64,000 nucleotides of DNA from a virus (Duplodnaviria; Caudoviricetes): positions 3,973 through 67,972 of IMG/VR virus record IMGVR_UViG_3300034685_000067. The stretch is one strand, 5' to 3'. The notes under the pieces are model-generated. The model saw only the letters and a program-made list of their open reading frames with translations. It was not told the origin of the DNA and searched no databases. Positions 50,090 to 60,813 of this stretch are shown piece after piece. Numbering within the stretch: the stretch's first letter is position 1; every line of letters starts with the position of its first letter. Position numbers and translations under genes: made by a program.

Positions 50090-50881
50090 ATGTTTACTGA
50101 AAGAAAACAATGTCCCTTATGTAGAAGTCATCAACTGGAACAAATATATGAATATAAAGCTGATAATAGTTACTATGATTTTGTGACTTCATTGTTCAAC
50201 AATTATATATCAGATGTTGATATACCTGATTACATATTGTGTAAATGTAAAGATTGTCATACTTTATTTCAGAAATATATATTATCCAAAGAATATGAGG
50301 ATTATTTTTATATGCATGTATTTCATAAATTACCTCAATTTGAACAAGATAAGGAAAGCGTTAAAGATTGCTATTATTTTGCAACAAAGGAACTAGATAT
50401 AATAAATAATTTAGCCAATTCTAAACAATGTTACATTCTTGATTTTGGAGCAATGTATGGCCAATTTGGAAAATATATATCAATGTATAATCATAAAGTG
50501 GATTCCTTTGATATTATGATTGATAATGATCATCATATAAACACCTTAAATAATAATTATGATATCATTAGAAGTAAAGATACTTTATCACATATACAGA
50601 ATAATTTATACATAACTATTAGTAATTTAGTTAAAAGATTAAATAACAATGGATATCTAATTATTGTGGATTATTTTGTTAATAAATATATAGATTATAA
50701 TTATACTACTAAAGCACTCTTACCTTTCTGGCATACTCAGATGTTTGATATTAATTCATTCACTAAATTTGGATTAAAATTAAAAATGGAATATCCTTTT
50801 TCAATTGGAAAACATCAAATACTTGATATGAAAGTAGATAAAAACACTAGGTATATTGTATATGAAAAGATTACAAGTTAA
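50090..50881 (+). CDS. Class I SAM-dependent methyltransferase with an N-terminal Zn ribbon
   Basis: CPLC...CKDC; ILDFGAMYG; YDII..DTLSHI; LNNNGYLII; P.WH. Confidence 0.8.
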   Translation: MFTERKQCPLCRSHQLEQIYEYKADNSYYDFVTSLFNNYISDVDIPDYILCKCKDCHTLFQKYILSKEYEDYFYMHVFHKLPQFEQDKESVKDCYYFATKELDIINNLANSKQCYILDFGAMYGQFGKYISMYNHKVDSFDIMIDNDHHINTLNNNYDIIRSKDTLSHIQNNLYITISNLVKRLNNNGYLIIVDYFVNKYIDYNYTTKALLPFWHTQMFDINSFTKFGLKLKMEYPFSIGKHQILDMKVDKNTRYIVYEKITS

Positions 50882-51713
50882 ACCAAGATATTTTTCAGTA
50901 TATATAACACATGAATGTAACTGGCACTGCTCTTACTGCCATAATGCTAATGAGCATTATGATTATAATATAGATCAAATAATATATAATGTTAATATGA
51001 TTAAACCATATCTTGATAAAGCAGAGGTATTATGTTTGACTGGTGGTGAGCCAGGATTAGTACCAGAAGATATATTAAGATATGTGTTAAATTCAACTAA
51101 TAATAAATGGACTATATGTACTAATGGTACTTTTATTAAGAATAACTATCATAAGTTATTTGAGAAGAATATTAAAAAGATATATTATCATGCCATAAAA
51201 GATTTGACAGAATCTTCTCAATTTATAAAATATGATGTTTTAAATATTGTATATTATGTTATAATAAATAACGATAATATACAATATTTAAATAAATTTA
51301 TCCAAACAAATCAGGATATAATTATAGCACCAAAAGTAGAACACCCAAGGGTTAAGAAAGATATAGATATTGAAAATATAATTCAGTTATATGATATAAT
51401 AAATGAATATAGTAATATATGTCCAGATAGAAAACATCAAATAGCAGAAATAATACATAACTATCAATCAGCTTCAAATAATATATGCAGATTGTATAAT
51501 AAGAACTATGGCTTTGATTTAATAAAAAATAAAATATATAGATGCTGTTTAACAGATAAAGACATAGCAAGCATTCCATTAAATAAGGATAATGTTGATT
51601 ACATATTTAATAGCAGAGATAATAATATATTTGGAATCAAAGATGATTTCTGTGATAGATGTAATAGATATGATATGATGTCAAATATACAGAAGGAGTT
51701 GTATACATTATGA
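50856..51713 (+). CDS. Radical SAM protein (Twitch-like), rSAM-6
   Basis: CNWHCSYC, TGGEPG, TNG; C...RCC...CDRC. Confidence 0.9.
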   Translation: MYMKRLQVKPRYFSVYITHECNWHCSYCHNANEHYDYNIDQIIYNVNMIKPYLDKAEVLCLTGGEPGLVPEDILRYVLNSTNNKWTICTNGTFIKNNYHKLFEKNIKKIYYHAIKDLTESSQFIKYDVLNIVYYVIINNDNIQYLNKFIQTNQDIIIAPKVEHPRVKKDIDIENIIQLYDIINEYSNICPDRKHQIAEIIHNYQSASNNICRLYNKNYGFDLIKNKIYRCCLTDKDIASIPLNKDNVDYIFNSRDNNIFGIKDDFCDRCNRYDMMSNIQKELYTL

Positions 51714-52771
51714 AATTGTATAGCACTAATGAATGGGGAAAATTAAGGGAAGTAATAATTGGAAATGTAGAAGATACTTATGTGCCTAAATTCTTTCACA
51801 ATCCAAGATTTAATGACAGATTTATATTCTCTGACAGAGGCAATTTCAATATTCATAAAACCATAAAAAGGAAATTTGATAATAGTAAGAATGTTACTTT
51901 AAATGATGTGAATATGATAGATAAACAAATACTAGAAGAACGTAGAGAAGATGTTGAGAATTTATGTGAAATATTAAGAAAAGAGCATATATCTGTCTTG
52001 CGTCCCAAATTGTTAAATGGTATACAAACTGTAAAGACACCATATTGGGAATCATTAACTCTTCCTGCACATAATGTAAGAGATTTGGTTTTGATAGTTA
52101 AAGATATGATAATAGAAACGCCTGTTATGAATACATTTAGATATTTTGAAACAGATTTATTTAAAGATATATTTTATGAATACTTTAAAAATGGATGTAA
52201 ATGGATATCTGCACCAAAACCAACGTTGCAGTATATAGATGAGCATGATTTTGAAGATGATAATATTAAAGATACAAATGAAGCTGAAATTCTATTTGAT
52301 GCAGCACAGATATTAAGATTTGGTGATAAATTATTATTTAATGTATCAACCAAGCATAATTATATGGGATATTTATGGCTCAAATCTATATTACAGGATA
52401 AGTTTGAAATATATCCTGTAGAAAGAATCTGTTATACCCATATAGATGGTGCACTAATGCCATTAGAAGATGGGGTTGTATTATATGATCCAATAAAAAT
52501 GACTAAAGATAATCTAGATAAGCTTCCTGACTGGTTGAAAAAATGGAAATTTATACCAGCACAGGATGATAATGATATGGAACGTTATACTGGTACTAAT
52601 GTTCTAGTATTAGGTGATAAAAAGATTATTATAAATGCTGCTTCAACTGAATTGATTAAAAAATTGGATTCTCTTGGATATACGTGTATTCCAGTACAAT
52701 TACGTCATAATAGGATGTTTGTTGGAGCATTTCATTGTATTTCTTTAGATACAGTGAGAGATGATGTCTAA
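51710..52771 (+). CDS. Amidinotransferase (glycine/inosamine-phosphate amidinotransferase family)
   Basis: NEWGKLREVIIG, RD, R.FE, FDAA..LRFG, HID, N.L and terminal GAFHCISLD (Asp-His-Cys triad). Confidence 0.9.
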   Translation: MKLYSTNEWGKLREVIIGNVEDTYVPKFFHNPRFNDRFIFSDRGNFNIHKTIKRKFDNSKNVTLNDVNMIDKQILEERREDVENLCEILRKEHISVLRPKLLNGIQTVKTPYWESLTLPAHNVRDLVLIVKDMIIETPVMNTFRYFETDLFKDIFYEYFKNGCKWISAPKPTLQYIDEHDFEDDNIKDTNEAEILFDAAQILRFGDKLLFNVSTKHNYMGYLWLKSILQDKFEIYPVERICYTHIDGALMPLEDGVVLYDPIKMTKDNLDKLPDWLKKWKFIPAQDDNDMERYTGTNVLVLGDKKIIINAASTELIKKLDSLGYTCIPVQLRHNRMFVGAFHCISLDTVRDDV

Positions 52772-53669
52772 ACTATATTTATATAATAATGAATCTTTAA
52801 GTACTTACTATATACCACAAATAAGTTTCAATTTAACACTTTCATGCAATAGAAAATGCACTTATTGTTATGTTGGTAATAATCCACGTAATACTACAAT
52901 GTCTTTACAATCATTTAAATATATTGTTGATATGATTAATGATATGGATATTATGTATAACATTCATATATTGGGTGGAGAACCAACTATATTAGATAAT
53001 TTGGTAGATTATATTCAATATTTGCAGTCAGATAATATTAATGAAATAGTCATTATGTCTAATGGATATAGACCTGATGACTATTTCATTCCATTTGAAA
53101 AGATATCTAAATTACATATGAAGTTTACTTATCATCCAGAATATTGTACTCCACAAGAATTTCTAGATAAATGTATATCTATGAACTCTATGGCTTTTAA
53201 GTTTTCAACAATTATAATGGTTTATTCAGAACAGTATTTGAATGATGCACTATGGTTATATAATAAATTAAAAGAGGTAAATGTAAGTACATATATAAAA
53301 ATAGTACATAATGATGATTATACACTTTTATTAGATATGATAAAACAGTATATTGATGAAACTGATTATCCTATATTATATCTTAAAACTGATGAATGTA
53401 TTTATAAAGAGATTAAACCACAGATATATGTTGACAATATGTTTTATTATGGAAGTTTTTATAATTGGTATTGTAAGAAATATAGTATGATTGATATAAT
53501 GCCAGATACAATGTTAAAATTGTCTTGTTCAAGAGATGTTCTAATGCGTTCAGCATTAAGTAAAGCATTCTGGTCTTGGTATAGATCAAATTATAATAAG
53601 TATTATACATGTACTAATGCATATTGTTCATATTGTGCATCTGAAATACCAAAATATGTAGAGTTATAA
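52761..53669 (+). CDS. Radical SAM protein, rSAM-7
   Basis: CNRKCTYC, LGGEPT, SNG, TYHPE; C...C...C....C..C tail. Confidence 0.9.
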   Translation: MMSKLYLYNNESLSTYYIPQISFNLTLSCNRKCTYCYVGNNPRNTTMSLQSFKYIVDMINDMDIMYNIHILGGEPTILDNLVDYIQYLQSDNINEIVIMSNGYRPDDYFIPFEKISKLHMKFTYHPEYCTPQEFLDKCISMNSMAFKFSTIIMVYSEQYLNDALWLYNKLKEVNVSTYIKIVHNDDYTLLLDMIKQYIDETDYPILYLKTDECIYKEIKPQIYVDNMFYYGSFYNWYCKKYSMIDIMPDTMLKLSCSRDVLMRSALSKAFWSWYRSNYNKYYTCTNAYCSYCASEIPKYVEL

Positions 53670-53670
53670 T

Positions 53671-54564
53671 ATGATAGACATATTACATGTAGCAGATAAT
53701 AGAAATATAAGTGGTACGTTCACATCATTGATAGATGTGTATTATAATCTATTAAACAATAATTATACTAATGTTAAATTACATATTTTATGCTATACAG
53801 ATATATTAAATGTGTTTAAACTATATCAGTCATTTATTAAGACCTTCTGTCCTAATGTAGGTATTTCATATCATCATATAAATCAATTTGATAGTATTAA
53901 AACAGATATATTGATAACCACAACAGAATTATTGTCATTTTATTATATGCACTCTAATTATATTCCCAAATTAAATTATAATAAGTTTATAGTGCTTGAT
54001 TCTGCTGGATTTTATCAATCATATGAAGAAGAACAGTTTAAAGATTGTTTCAGAGTAATACCAAATGATGCTATAATATTATGTAATAAAGCTAATCTTA
54101 AATTATCTCCATGGAAGAATTCATATGAATATTATATTAAATTGTCAGAAGATAGATTAAGTATATTAAAACAATATAGCGTACCTATTTCTAATGATAG
54201 ATTAAAATCATCATATTATATACCAATTGATGCTAAATATGTTTATAATGATTTAAAGAAACAAAAGATTTTGACAACTGATATATATAAAGTGTATGAA
54301 GTTCACTTTTGCAGAAGATATTTATCAAGTACTGGAACATATAGTGAGAATATAGGCAAATTAATATTTGAAATGATATGGTTGGACAGACCAGTATATT
54401 ACTATAGTAAACCAAAGACATTTGATGATGGATTACATTATTATCTTCAATTATTTAACGTAGATGATAATAAGGATCAGCTATTATCTATAACCAAGGA
54501 AGACATTGAAGATAAATTATTTATACATGATGATGATCTTTTATATAAAATAATAGAGGATTGA
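53671..54564 (+). CDS. Divergent GT-B-like protein (same family)
   Basis: ISGTFTSLIDVYY; ENIGKLIFEMIWLDRPVYY...DDGLHYYLQLFNVDDN. Confidence 0.5.
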   Translation: MIDILHVADNRNISGTFTSLIDVYYNLLNNNYTNVKLHILCYTDILNVFKLYQSFIKTFCPNVGISYHHINQFDSIKTDILITTTELLSFYYMHSNYIPKLNYNKFIVLDSAGFYQSYEEEQFKDCFRVIPNDAIILCNKANLKLSPWKNSYEYYIKLSEDRLSILKQYSVPISNDRLKSSYYIPIDAKYVYNDLKKQKILTTDIYKVYEVHFCRRYLSSTGTYSENIGKLIFEMIWLDRPVYYYSKPKTFDDGLHYYLQLFNVDDNKDQLLSITKEDIEDKLFIHDDDLLYKIIED

Positions 54565-54570
54565 TAGTAA

Positions 54571-55506
54571 TTGCATATGTTTAATATTTCAAACAATATT
54601 AAAGAGAAATTTCATTATAGATACAATATACCATATCCTATTCATATGTACAGATATGCTAAAAATGCCAATGAAAGAAGACAATTGTTAAATTATATGA
54701 TAAAATTTAACATATTACCATCTTTAGATATTATATATATTGAAACTATCAATTATTGTAATCTTACATGTAACTTCTGTCCAGTTGGTGAAGGACAAAG
54801 AATAAATAAAGCCACAATGTCAGATGAACTATTTGATCATATATTAAATTTAATTGGACAAATTACAGATAAAAGTAAAGTTACTGTATGTATGAATGGT
54901 CATGGAGAACCACTACTAGATAAAGATATATTTAAGAGAATAAATAAATTAAAACAATTTTATCCACAATTTCGTACTGTATTATTTACTAATACTACTT
55001 TAATACAAGATAGAATAGATGAATTAGTTAAAAGTAAACTAGATTATCTCATGTGTGATTTTTATAATGAAGATGATAAGACTAAATGCTTAGAATTGTT
55101 TAATGAATACAATATTGCTTATAATAAAGCTCTTGATTATTGGGGAAATATTAATAATAGATTAAATGTAAGATATTCTGAAGTATATAATTCAGAAGAG
55201 TCTTTCTATAATAATAGATTAGGTACTGTAAATGTAGGTCCATCTGAAATTATAGATGAACCTTGTATATTTTCATTCATTCAATTACCAATTAATGTAA
55301 ATGGTAATATAAGATACTGCTGTATAGATGCTATGGATAAAACAGTATTTGATAATGTTTTAAACTATAATAATATTTTAGAACTATGGTATAGCAAATT
55401 ATATAATGATATAAGATGTAATTTAAAAGATAGTAAATTAAAAGATACTGCTTGTAGGCAATGTAACAATCATGATTATTTAAAATTTAGATTGATCTAT
55501 ACCTAG
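54571..55506 (+). CDS. Radical SAM/SPASM-Twitch protein, rSAM-8
   Basis: IETINYCNLTCNFC, GHGEPLL, FTN; PC...YCC.D...CRQC. Confidence 0.92.
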   Translation: MHMFNISNNIKEKFHYRYNIPYPIHMYRYAKNANERRQLLNYMIKFNILPSLDIIYIETINYCNLTCNFCPVGEGQRINKATMSDELFDHILNLIGQITDKSKVTVCMNGHGEPLLDKDIFKRINKLKQFYPQFRTVLFTNTTLIQDRIDELVKSKLDYLMCDFYNEDDKTKCLELFNEYNIAYNKALDYWGNINNRLNVRYSEVYNSEESFYNNRLGTVNVGPSEIIDEPCIFSFIQLPINVNGNIRYCCIDAMDKTVFDNVLNYNNILELWYSKLYNDIRCNLKDSKLKDTACRQCNNHDYLKFRLIYT

Positions 55507-55521
55507 AGGAGGAAACATAAA

Positions 55522-57279
55522 GTGACCAAAGTAATTATGCTTGTATCACACGCTGCCTCTTTTAAAGTATTTAATGAGTTGAAACAATATTTGTATGTAA
55601 AAGGGTGTAGTGATATAGATTTATCATATTATTATTTCCCTTTGAGATTTGCATATTATGATAGTAATTACATTATACCAATTTTTCCAAATCATAATAT
55701 AAATGTTCCAGCTATATATAATCATCATGCTATATCTACAGATGTACCTCAAGAAGAGTTATACTTATGTCAGAAATTAGCTGATGTTGTAGAATATTTA
55801 CTCCAAATAACTAGTAATTTTATTAATAATAGACCATTGGATTATAATCTAGAATCTTGTTCATGGACACACAGTAAAAAGTTTGCTCAGTATAAAAAGT
55901 CAAAAATATATGACGCATCAGATATTTTAAGTATTGTTGATAATATACCAAAAGCAGATATATATTTATTTACGCATGCAGAGAATGCTTCTGCAGTAGT
56001 TCAATATTTATTGATATTTAATTTAATTAGAAAATATAATAGTCATGTATTACTTGGTGGTGGAGAAAATTTAAATTATAACAATCCAGAGACAATTTTA
56101 TTAAATAAAATTAGTGAAAACTATTTAGATAACAAATTACATAAATGTTCTGGAGATATAGGACCCACATTGATCAATTTCTTAAATAATAAAGAATATT
56201 CAACATCATATGCTGATATTCATGATTACTTTATTAAACCATGGGTAGTTGATTTTACTCCATATGAACTTCATGAAATTTGTGGTGATACATTATACCT
56301 TTCAACAGTATATGGTTGTTCTGGGCGTTGTCCTTATTGTGTTGGTAGTAATCTTCATCCATATACATCATTGGAAAATTTAGAATATTATAAAGATATA
56401 CTAGAATATATGAGTGATGTATATCCAGAAGTGTCTATTACATTTTTTGATACAGAATTAAACAGAGATAAAGATAGATTTAATACAATGTTAGAGTGGT
56501 TAATACAACATAATATAAAAAATAAGTTGAGTTTCTTTATTAATTTATCACGTTTAGATAAAGATTCATTAAATTTGATAAAACAAATTAATGTAAATTG
56601 TATAAATTCTGCTTTTGATGGTATGTTTGAATATAATGTTCATAGACATTCTATTAGCACTCAAGATGAATTCTCTATAATTAATAATTTAGATTCCTTG
56701 AAAAAAATAGTTTTAAATCAAGGAGGAACTTTAGCATTTAATTCAGTTATGTTTATACCAAATTCATTAGATCTTTTACGATATAGAGATGATCCTTCTT
56801 TTGTAACTAATGTAGCTATGCAGTATGTTAAATATGCTTCTGATTTAGCATTAGATTTTAATTTATATGACCTTAAACTAAATTCTGATATGTATTTTAA
56901 TAAAGACAAATATAATATTAAAGTATTTAATTATCAAAATAAAAAATTTAAAGATTTGCATGATATAGATGATGCTATTAATAATATACCAATATTTTTT
57001 ACATATGATTTGCCTCGTAAAGAAAGAACAAGAATTTTACATCAAATGTTTATGGTATGGAAAAAATATGATTTTTTAACTTTGAATAATATTATGTCTA
57101 GATGTTTTGATAATAAATATAAAAGTAATTTCACTGGTTATAAATCATATAAAAAGTTAGATGAAGATATGAACATTAATGGATATATTGAACTGGCCAG
57201 TTATGTATTGCAGGATATGTTAGATATGTTTGGGCCAAATGATGACATAGTACAATATATTATGTCAAATATAAGATAG
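55522..57279 (+). CDS. Radical SAM protein with an N-terminal B12-binding-like domain, rSAM-9
   Basis: About 250-aa N-extension with VLLGGG, then STVYGCSGRCPYC and FFDTELN, as in class B radical SAM methylases. Confidence 0.7.
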   Translation: MTKVIMLVSHAASFKVFNELKQYLYVKGCSDIDLSYYYFPLRFAYYDSNYIIPIFPNHNINVPAIYNHHAISTDVPQEELYLCQKLADVVEYLLQITSNFINNRPLDYNLESCSWTHSKKFAQYKKSKIYDASDILSIVDNIPKADIYLFTHAENASAVVQYLLIFNLIRKYNSHVLLGGGENLNYNNPETILLNKISENYLDNKLHKCSGDIGPTLINFLNNKEYSTSYADIHDYFIKPWVVDFTPYELHEICGDTLYLSTVYGCSGRCPYCVGSNLHPYTSLENLEYYKDILEYMSDVYPEVSITFFDTELNRDKDRFNTMLEWLIQHNIKNKLSFFINLSRLDKDSLNLIKQINVNCINSAFDGMFEYNVHRHSISTQDEFSIINNLDSLKKIVLNQGGTLAFNSVMFIPNSLDLLRYRDDPSFVTNVAMQYVKYASDLALDFNLYDLKLNSDMYFNKDKYNIKVFNYQNKKFKDLHDIDDAINNIPIFFTYDLPRKERTRILHQMFMVWKKYDFLTLNNIMSRCFDNKYKSNFTGYKSYKKLDEDMNINGYIELASYVLQDMLDMFGPNDDIVQYIMSNIR

Positions 57280-57291
57280 AGATAGACTAAA

Positions 57292-58293
57292 ATGAATAAT
57301 ATAAAATATGCATATGGATTAGATAATGAATATACTTTGACATTAATTATTACAAATCAATGTAATTTACATTGTGATTATTGTTTATATTATGGGCGTG
57401 TTAATGATGTTAACAAGCATTATTTATCTCCAATAGTTGTTAATAATTTTATGGATGTTTATTTTAATGATATAAATAATACGCACCCAATTAATATGGT
57501 TATCTCTGGAGGAGAACCTACTTTATCACCATATTTTCTTGATATTGTTGAATTATGTGCAAATAATTCCTCAGTAAATAATATATTCATATTGACTAAT
57601 GGTCTATGTGATCCAAATATATTTATTAAAGCAAATAGTATAACGAAACAATATAATAAATTATTATTTGTATGTATAAGCATACACATGTCACAAATAA
57701 ATCTAATAGATAAATATATTGAGAAAATAAATTATTTAACATCTAATAATATATATGTAAGAATTAAAGCTATTGTTGATCCAAGTAAGATAAATAAAGA
57801 AACGTTATTATATTTACAATCAAACAATATTGAAATCTCCCCATTATTTGGATCTAATATTACTAGATTTAAACATATACAAGAATTAAACTTATATAAT
57901 TCTGTTAAGAATAAATTATTAATACATTATGATAACAATAGTGAAGAAATATGTTCACTATTTGACATTAGAATACAAAAACATAATCCTTTTAAAGGTT
58001 ATTATTGTACAAGTTCATTTCAGAATATAACTGTTAATGAAGATGGTTATGTATTTTCATCATGTTTTGCAACAAATGGATGTTCATGTTGGTCCAAATC
58101 TAAGCTACAACATTTTAACATTATCATTAAACAGCATAGAAAATGTCTTTTAGATGTATGTAATTGTTATCATCAGCCAATTAGATATAAAGATATTAGC
58201 ATGTTACCATATTTGATAGACAAACAAAAAGAAAATATAGCAGAATATAAAACAATTAAAATATATGATAACAGTGATATAATTTCAAGATGA
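57292..58293 (+). CDS. Radical SAM protein, rSAM-10
   Basis: CNLHCDYC, SGGEPTL, TNG, SIH; FKGYYC...C...C....C.C. Confidence 0.92.
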   Translation: MNNIKYAYGLDNEYTLTLIITNQCNLHCDYCLYYGRVNDVNKHYLSPIVVNNFMDVYFNDINNTHPINMVISGGEPTLSPYFLDIVELCANNSSVNNIFILTNGLCDPNIFIKANSITKQYNKLLFVCISIHMSQINLIDKYIEKINYLTSNNIYVRIKAIVDPSKINKETLLYLQSNNIEISPLFGSNITRFKHIQELNLYNSVKNKLLIHYDNNSEEICSLFDIRIQKHNPFKGYYCTSSFQNITVNEDGYVFSSCFATNGCSCWSKSKLQHFNIIIKQHRKCLLDVCNCYHQPIRYKDISMLPYLIDKQKENIAEYKTIKIYDNSDIISR

Positions 58294-58850
58294 GAACAGT
58301 TTTAATACATTCATGGAAAGATGAATATATTTCATACATAAATAGAGATGATATTTTAACATTTGATGATGCGCTGTATTCTATATATCATCATAGAAAA
58401 GATATATCTATGTTACCAAACCAAAAAATTATATGTATACCAACTGGTAGAATATTAACTGAAAGAAAAAACAAATCCATTGCAACAGATTGTTACACAG
58501 CTAATAATATGTGGTTAATCAATAATGATAATTCTGCTTATATGATTATTGATGAAATTAAAGAAATGATGTCATTAGGCTTTGAAATTGGTGGACATAG
58601 TCATTTCCATGATAGAGAAACACATCCAAGAATTTTAAAGATATTGAATATAGAAAGCAAATTAATTACCAGGGGTAAATCATATTATGAATATGATACT
58701 CAACTTATGATAGATTGGTTTTTAGATATACTTGGTTATGTTCCTAAATACTATGCTTTTCCATATAATGAAGAGACTGAAGCACTTAAAAGCTATTTAC
58801 AATCAGTTGGTTTTGATGTATTCTTTGGTAAGGAAAGATATTCAATATAA
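58290..58850 (+). CDS. NodB-type polysaccharide deacetylase
   Basis: LTFDDA, GFEIGGHSHFH and YAFPYN. Confidence 0.85.
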   Translation: MRTVLIHSWKDEYISYINRDDILTFDDALYSIYHHRKDISMLPNQKIICIPTGRILTERKNKSIATDCYTANNMWLINNDNSAYMIIDEIKEMMSLGFEIGGHSHFHDRETHPRILKILNIESKLITRGKSYYEYDTQLMIDWFLDILGYVPKYYAFPYNEETEALKSYLQSVGFDVFFGKERYSI

Positions 58851-58868
58851 GGAGGTTGACATTATAAA

Positions 58869-59852
58869 ATGAATAATAAAACAATTATGGTTACTGGCTG
58901 TTTGGGTACTGTAGGAATATTTACTATCAATGAATTGCTTAAAAGAGGTTATTATGTAATAGGTGTTGATAATTTATCTGGAAATCCATATTCCAGAATA
59001 CATTGTATTAAGAGTAATAATAACTTTCTCTTTGTTAATAATAGAGCATATGATGAGCACAAAACAGATGCTTTAAATAGAATATTTAAAGATTATAATG
59101 TATCAGCTATATTACATCTGGCAGGTAAAATTGGTGTGACTGAATCATTTGATCTTGAGAAGTCTGATGAGTATATCAATTCAAATGTAGCTTTTACATT
59201 AAAGATGTTAAATTATGCAAAATTATATAATGTAAAAAGATTTGTATATGCATCAAGTTCATCCATATATGGAAACAATAAAGTTCCCAGTACAGAAGAT
59301 TTAATACCTAATCCAGAGTCTGTATATGGTGTTACAAAGTATGCTGGAGAAATGTTGTTAGCACAATATCACAATCTGTTTGGTTTAGAGACTATAGCAT
59401 TGAGATACTACAATATATTTGCACCAATTAAATATTATAGTTATAAAGGTGTAGTTCCAATGTTTGCTGAAAAGATAATGAATGATAAATCTATAGTATT
59501 ATTTAATAAAGGTCAACAAAGAAGACAGTTCGTACCAATAGATAATATAGTTCATGCTAATATTCTTGCTTTGGAGACAGATAATAAAGAATGCTTTGGA
59601 AATGTATTTAATATTACAGTAGATGATGAACCAATAGCTTTAATTGATTTAGTTAACTTATTATATAAATTATTAAATAAAACACCAAATTATACATTAA
59701 AATCTGAAAAAAGTTTAGGTGATATAGATGTGGTGTGGGGATCTTCTGATAAAGCTAAGAATTATTTAGGATATCTTGTTCAAAAATCAATGTATGATGG
59801 TATAGAAGAATATTGCAGATATATAAACAATGAGGTGAGAGATTGTGGCTAA
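58869..59852 (+). CDS. NAD-dependent nucleotide-sugar epimerase/dehydratase (extended SDR)
   Basis: VTGCLGTVG, HLAG, ASSSSIYG, YGVTK and LRYYNIF. Confidence 0.92.
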   Translation: MNNKTIMVTGCLGTVGIFTINELLKRGYYVIGVDNLSGNPYSRIHCIKSNNNFLFVNNRAYDEHKTDALNRIFKDYNVSAILHLAGKIGVTESFDLEKSDEYINSNVAFTLKMLNYAKLYNVKRFVYASSSSIYGNNKVPSTEDLIPNPESVYGVTKYAGEMLLAQYHNLFGLETIALRYYNIFAPIKYYSYKGVVPMFAEKIMNDKSIVLFNKGQQRRQFVPIDNIVHANILALETDNKECFGNVFNITVDDEPIALIDLVNLLYKLLNKTPNYTLKSEKSLGDIDVVWGSSDKAKNYLGYLVQKSMYDGIEEYCRYINNEVRDCG

Positions 59853-60813
59853 TATAGAATATGCATATGGATTAAGTAACAGATATACTCTTACGTTGAA
59901 TATTACAAATGTATGTAATTTACATTGTGAATATTGTGTATATTATACTCACATTCAAAATAATAAAAAATATTACTTGTCTACTGCAGTTCTCAATAAT
60001 TTTATGGATATGTATTTCAATGATATGAACAATATTCATCCTGTTGATATAAATATATCTGGAGGAGAACCTACTTTATCACCATATTTTCTTGATATTG
60101 TAGAATTATGTGCAAGTAAAGCATTAATTAATGATATATTTGTGATTACAAATGGTTTATATGATCCTGAAATATATATTAAGGCTGATAATATAGCTAA
60201 AAAGAATAATAAATCATTATTTGTATGTATAAGCATACATATGTCTCAACTTAGAAATATAGAAAACTATATTCAGAAAATAAAGTATCTAAGATCTAGT
60301 AATATAGATACTTGTGCTAGAGCTATTGTTGATCCCAATAAGATAACTGAAGAGATGCTGTTATATTTACAATCTAATTATATCAAAATTTTGCCATTAT
60401 TTGGATCCAATATAATTAAATTACATAATGTGTCTGATCTTAAATTATATCATGCAATTCAGAATAAATTATTAATACATTATGATGATAATAAAGAAGA
60501 AATATGTTCACTATTTGACATTAGAATACAAAAACATAATCCTTTTAAAGGTTATTATTGTACAAGTTCATTTCAGAATATAACTGTTAATGAAGATGGT
60601 TGTGTTGCTTCAGCATGTTTTCTAGCAGATACATATTCAGGTTGGTCTAAATCTAAATTAAGACATTTTAATATTATAAATAGACAACATAGAAAATGTA
60701 TTTTAGACATATGCACTTGTTTTTCTTCTCCAATCAGATATAAAGATATTAAATCATTACCATATTTAATTAAAAAACAAAAAGAAGATATAATAAAATA
60801 TGGATATGATTAA
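59845..60813 (+). CDS. Radical SAM protein, recent paralogue of rSAM-10, rSAM-11
   Basis: CNLHCEYC; collinear with ORF 57292 at a constant 2553-bp offset. Confidence 0.92.
   Translation: MANIEYAYGLSNRYTLTLNITNVCNLHCEYCVYYTHIQNNKKYYLSTAVLNNFMDMYFNDMNNIHPVDINISGGEPTLSPYFLDIVELCASKALINDIFVITNGLYDPEIYIKADNIAKKNNKSLFVCISIHMSQLRNIENYIQKIKYLRSSNIDTCARAIVDPNKITEEMLLYLQSNYIKILPLFGSNIIKLHNVSDLKLYHAIQNKLLIHYDDNKEEICSLFDIRIQKHNPFKGYYCTSSFQNITVNEDGCVASACFLADTYSGWSKSKLRHFNIINRQHRKCILDICTCFSSPIRYKDIKSLPYLIKKQKEDIIKYGYD

Noticed and set aside
58856-58885. Second TTGACA before the epimerase gene
   Set aside because: It overlaps the SD and has no -10 box at 16-18 nt spacing.
57943-60601. Diversity-generating retroelement TR/VR pair
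   Set aside because: The blocks are identical rather than differing at adenines, both lie in full paralogous genes, and no reverse transcriptase is in the window.
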